Origin: Verrucomicrobiia bacterium
GTDB lineage: Bacteria; Verrucomicrobiota; Verrucomicrobiia; Limisphaerales; DASXHY01
Reading direction: 5' to 3'
Length of the DNA: 64,000 nucleotides
NCBI GenBank assembly: GCA_035765675.1
Contig: DASTXC010000123.1
Coordinates: 11,180 to 75,179 of the forward strand
In this document: piece after piece, positions 61,242-64,000 of the stretch
Layout of the letters: each line of letters starts with the position of its first letter
How positions within the stretch are numbered: the first letter of the stretch is position 1
The notes under the pieces: generated by a model
Database searches by the model: none
Seen by the model: only the letters and a program-made list of their open reading frames with translations
Told to the model about the DNA's origin: nothing
Made by a program: the position numbers and the translations under genes

Positions 61242-62290
61242 GAAGCGGTGATTTTTTTGGTTTGTTCGAGAAGCCGATTGGCTTCCACTTCCAGCGGCCA
61301 CGAAACCAGGAACGACTTGTCCGGCCACGGCAGCAGCACCAGGCGCCGTTCCAGGCTGGAACATTGAACATGGGAAAGCGGCCCGGCGCCAATGCGTTCA
61401 CTCAAACGTTTGCAGGTGTCGAGCGTCTGCTGCATCCACTTGCCATACTCTTCCGCGGATTGCGTGCCCCAGCCTTCGGGTTTGTCGCCGGCCTTCACGG
61501 AAACCACCCATTCCGCGCCTTCACGTGTCAGAGCGGACAAACGCCAGACCGTTTTGCGATGTTCCGCATCTTCCGCTGCGTTCGCGTCCGGATTGGCTCC
61601 TTCATCCATTGCCTGTGCCATTTCCAGCAACAGACCATTTACGGATTTGTGAATCGTGCGTTCGTGTTCCGGTTCGGCAACAAGATTTTCGAACGTGCCG
61701 GACTTCCATTCGAGGATGCGACGAAACGCCGCTTCGCCGCGCGCGCCTTCCGCTTCGGCATCAATCAATTCTCCACCCAGAATCCAAATCTTGCCCACGA
61801 GCGATCCGCGCGTGATGCGCATTACGGTTGAACCCTGCGAGAGACATTCCATCTGGATAATGTCCATCAGACTTTTGCTTTGAACCCCGCGGAAGCCGCC
61901 CTCGTGATCGCGGCCCAGCAGCGATTCCAGGCATTCCAGGAACATCTGCATGTTCTGGTGGGTGTCCGGTTTCAGCCAAAACAAATCCACGCCCAACGCG
62001 TAAGCCCGCGAACGAAATTCTTCATCCTGCACCGAGGTCATGACCACCGTGCGCAATTCCGGAAAACGCCGACGCACGATCGCCAACACCTGAAGGCCGT
62101 CCATCTTCGGCATTTTCAGATCGCAGATCAGCAATCGAAACCGTTCCGAATCGAGCAGCGCCAACGCGCGCGTGCCGCTCGTGGAAGTATGCACCTCCGG
62201 ACGGCTCGGCAGTTGCGCGAGCATGTCCTTGTACATTTCCAGCAACGCTGGATCGTCATCCAGCAGCAGGATTTTGGGACGCGTTTCCAT
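61229..62290 (-). CDS. Response regulator, REC + PATAN (DUF4388) + C-terminal Roadblock-like segment
   Basis: KILLLDDDPALL...LICDLKMPKMDG (REC). GFRGVQSKSLMDIIQMECLSQGSTVMRITRGSLVGKIWILGGELIDAEAEGARGEAAFRRILEWKSGTFE is the DUF4388/PATAN signature. Confidence 0.8.
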   Translation of the reverse strand: METRPKILLLDDDPALLEMYKDMLAQLPSRPEVHTSTSGTRALALLDSERFRLLICDLKMPKMDGLQVLAIVRRRFPELRTVVMTSVQDEEFRSRAYALGVDLFWLKPDTHQNMQMFLECLESLLGRDHEGGFRGVQSKSLMDIIQMECLSQGSTVMRITRGSLVGKIWILGGELIDAEAEGARGEAAFRRILEWKSGTFENLVAEPEHERTIHKSVNGLLLEMAQAMDEGANPDANAAEDAEHRKTVWRLSALTREGAEWVVSVKAGDKPEGWGTQSAEEYGKWMQQTLDTCKRLSERIGAGPLSHVQCSSLERRLVLLPWPDKSFLVSWPLEVEANRLLEQTKKITASWDS

Positions 62291-62959
62291 ATCAGGCTGT
62301 TTCCGATTATCGGTTCAGATCGTTATTCCTTCCAAGCCTAGCAAGCCGTATTCCTTAACCTTAACCTGATCGGAATTTTTTGCTCACAATATAGTTTCAT
62401 CGACCAGCAATTGACCGCTCAAAACTTGCGCGCATCCGTCTAGGATAACGCGGTGCGAAAATCGGGCGCGGCAATGGACATCCAGTCCAGCGATGAGACA
62501 ACCTGACTTTCCCACGCGAATCAACCAAATCATCCTCGGCGGGAAACTCGCCAACGCTTTGAAATCCATAAATTCTTCTCCTTCGTGAGCGCACCTCAGC
62601 GCACGCGCAGCACCGTTCGCACGAACAACATCGAATCTCGCACTCGCGCGCCCTGCGTTTCTTTTCCGAGTTCAAAACGCGATCTCCGAAAAGATTCTCC
62701 TTTCAGGTTTTCCCAGCCACTCACGCGGAAACCAATCACAGAACAACAACATTCGAGCCTGTAGTGGCATGCTTCTTGCCCAATTACTCCGCGAACAAAC
62801 GAAACTCGACCAACAACAAAAAATGAATTGCGCATTGGTGAACAGCAGATCGGGCGGCTCCTTTCCGAGCGGCGCCGCGAATGCGTTTTGCGTTCCCACG
62901 CCGTCGGTCACCGACATCAGTTCAGCTTTCGTCCCGGCACGCTGAAGCATCGCACCAGT

Positions 62960-64000
62960 ATGTTTGATTTTTTCAAAAACCTGTTATCCGGCAAACAAAG
63001 TGAACAGAGCAACGCCTTCCAGGCGCCGCCCTCTGCTCCAGCCCCCGCGCCTAAAAGTTCGCCTGCGCCCGCAGTCCGCCAGCGTTATCCGCAGCCTGCC
63101 GCTGCCGCGCCTCGAATGCCGGCACCCGTGAGTCAACCCGTAGCAGACGGCAATTCAGTGGAGATCCCGGTCGGCTCCATCCTCGTCGCACTGCCGCCAG
63201 AGCTCAAAACGCGGGTGCGTCCTGCGGACATTGGCACCGCGACCTTTCCCGTTTCACTCGAACAAATTTTTTCACAGCTCGCTTCCGGATCAGTGAAGAT
63301 TTCTTTCGGCGAACTGCGTCAGGCGATGCCGCAATTGTTCACGAATGCAGCGGATTGCGATGAACTTCCGGTGGCATTGCCATTGAATGAAATTCTCGGC
63401 CGTGTCAATCCCGCCCTGCTCGTTCGTCGTCCGAACCAGAAACAGATTGAAGTTCCCGAGGAGATCAGCAGCCCGTTTGCTTCACCCGAAAACGGATTGA
63501 ATTTCAGCCGCACAACGACGGTCGATCCCGTTCCAGCTCCCGCGTCAGCACCGCGTGCGACCACACCTGCGGCTCCAGCTCCGAATCGCACGGATATTTT
63601 TCAGCGAAAACCCGCTGCTCCGGCAACTCCGGCCCGGCCGTTTGTTGCACCGTCCGCACCAGCAACGCCAGCCGCACCTGTTCCGCCGGCTCCGGCAAAA
63701 TCCGCCGCACGTCCCGCAGCGCCGGTTCGACCGCCGGTTGCACCTTACGCTTTTCAAGCACCAGCCGCCCCGGTAACGCCGCCTCAAAATCCAGCTCCGC
63801 GCGTTCCTGTGGTTCCTGCAAAGCCCGCTCCTGTGGTTCCGCCGCCCGCCGCGCCGGTTACAGAGACACCCGTTGTTGAAGAACCGACATCCATTCCGGT
63901 TTCCGCTGCCTTGCGCAGTTTGGAATCCTCGATCGGAATGCCTGCGCCGAAAATTAATTCTGCGCCTAAGGCCGCACCGGCCAGCCAAGCTGTTCCGCCC
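62960..64000 (+). CDS. Pro/Ala-rich protein with ~110-aa globular N-terminal domain, 3'-open at window end (not in ORF track)
   Basis: ATG at 62960 followed by 347 sense codons with no stop to nt 64000 (translated by hand): MFDFFKNLLSGKQSEQ...VEIPVGSILVALPPELKTRV...KISFGELRQAMPQLF..., then AP/PA-rich repeats. Confidence 0.7.
   Translation, partial: MFDFFKNLLSGKQSEQSNAFQAPPSAPAPAPKSSPAPAVRQRYPQPAAAAPRMPAPVSQPVADGNSVEIPVGSILVALPPELKTRVRPADIGTATFPVSLEQIFSQLASGSVKISFGELRQAMPQLFTNAADCDELPVALPLNEILGRVNPALLVRRPNQKQIEVPEEISSPFASPENGLNFSRTTTVDPVPAPASAPRATTPAAPAPNRTDIFQRKPAAPATPARPFVAPSAPATPAAPVPPAPAKSAARPAAPVRPPVAPYAFQAPAAPVTPPQNPAPRVPVVPAKPAPVVPPPAAPVTETPVVEEPTSIPVSAALRSLESSIGMPAPKINSAPKAAPASQAVPP

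Noticed and set aside
62384-62950. Small minus-strand ORFs (61, 92, 79 and 92 aa) in the 670-bp spacer
   Set aside because: They overlap one another, have no recognisable motifs and have Cys/Arg-rich composition. The region is treated as non-coding pending transcript data.
1-64000. Prophage, integrative element, toxin-antitoxin or defence-system content
   Set aside because: No integrase, transposase, recombinase, phage structural, restriction-modification, Cas, reverse transcriptase or toxin-like motifs were recognised in any frame. tRNA-Ala is flanked only by short repeats, not by an integrated element.

Overview
High-GC bacterial chromosomal window. By inference it comes from a Verrucomicrobiota/PVC-type organism: it has a prepilin-like H-X9-DG protein, giant CBM/Ig/FN3 surface proteins, GatCAB, and many families of palindromic and heptameric intergenic repeats. 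No rRNA, CRISPR array, integrase or transposase was seen. Layout: (1) 1-13.9 kb holds a HisKA_3 kinase and a LuxR-type regulator, then a surface-protein island. The island has a 909-aa and a 1619-aa paralogous secreted protein, a prepilin-like gene between them, and a CBM/FN3-fused DUF1111 di-haem protein. The two paralogues share an identical 25-nt upstream box. (2) 14-23 kb is housekeeping: ileS, mtnA-family, a TPR protein, tRNA-Ala(CGC) and gatC-gatA-gatB. Repeat elements fill the spacers here, and two copies appear to be inserted in frame inside ileS and mtnA. (3) 23.1-28.1 kb (minus strand) is an operon of REC-PAS-kinase, REC-HDOD and REC with a degenerate HD-GYP. (4) 28.7-43.4 kb holds fliW-csrA-flagellin and a strong terminator. 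These are followed by a TPR protein, a methyltransferase, and one uninterrupted 10.7-kb ORF (3565 aa). That ORF reads as about nine fused glycan-building modules (pyruvyl-transferase-like, sialyltransferase-like, five GT4, two GT2) plus TPR blocks. A heptose-1-P adenylyltransferase-like gene lies convergent to it. This looks like a flagellin-glycosylation island built around a mega-glycosyltransferase and is the most unusual feature in the window. (5) 43.7-45.7 kb is an NPCBM+GH27 alpha-galactosidase. (6) 45.8-51.4 kb (minus) is a second kinase / REC-HD-GYP (canonical) / kinase module. (7) 51.8-57.8 kb (minus) holds late flagellar genes: two flagellins with twin sigma-28-type promoters and GGA-hairpin leaders, fliD, a lipoprotein, an flgM-like gene, fliS and a chaperone-like gene. 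(8) 58-64 kb holds a MITE-like element, an SGNH esterase, uppP, a REC-PATAN regulator with two small proteins, and a 3'-open Pro/Ala-rich ORF that is absent from the ORF track. All family names come from motif recognition by eye; no database search was run.
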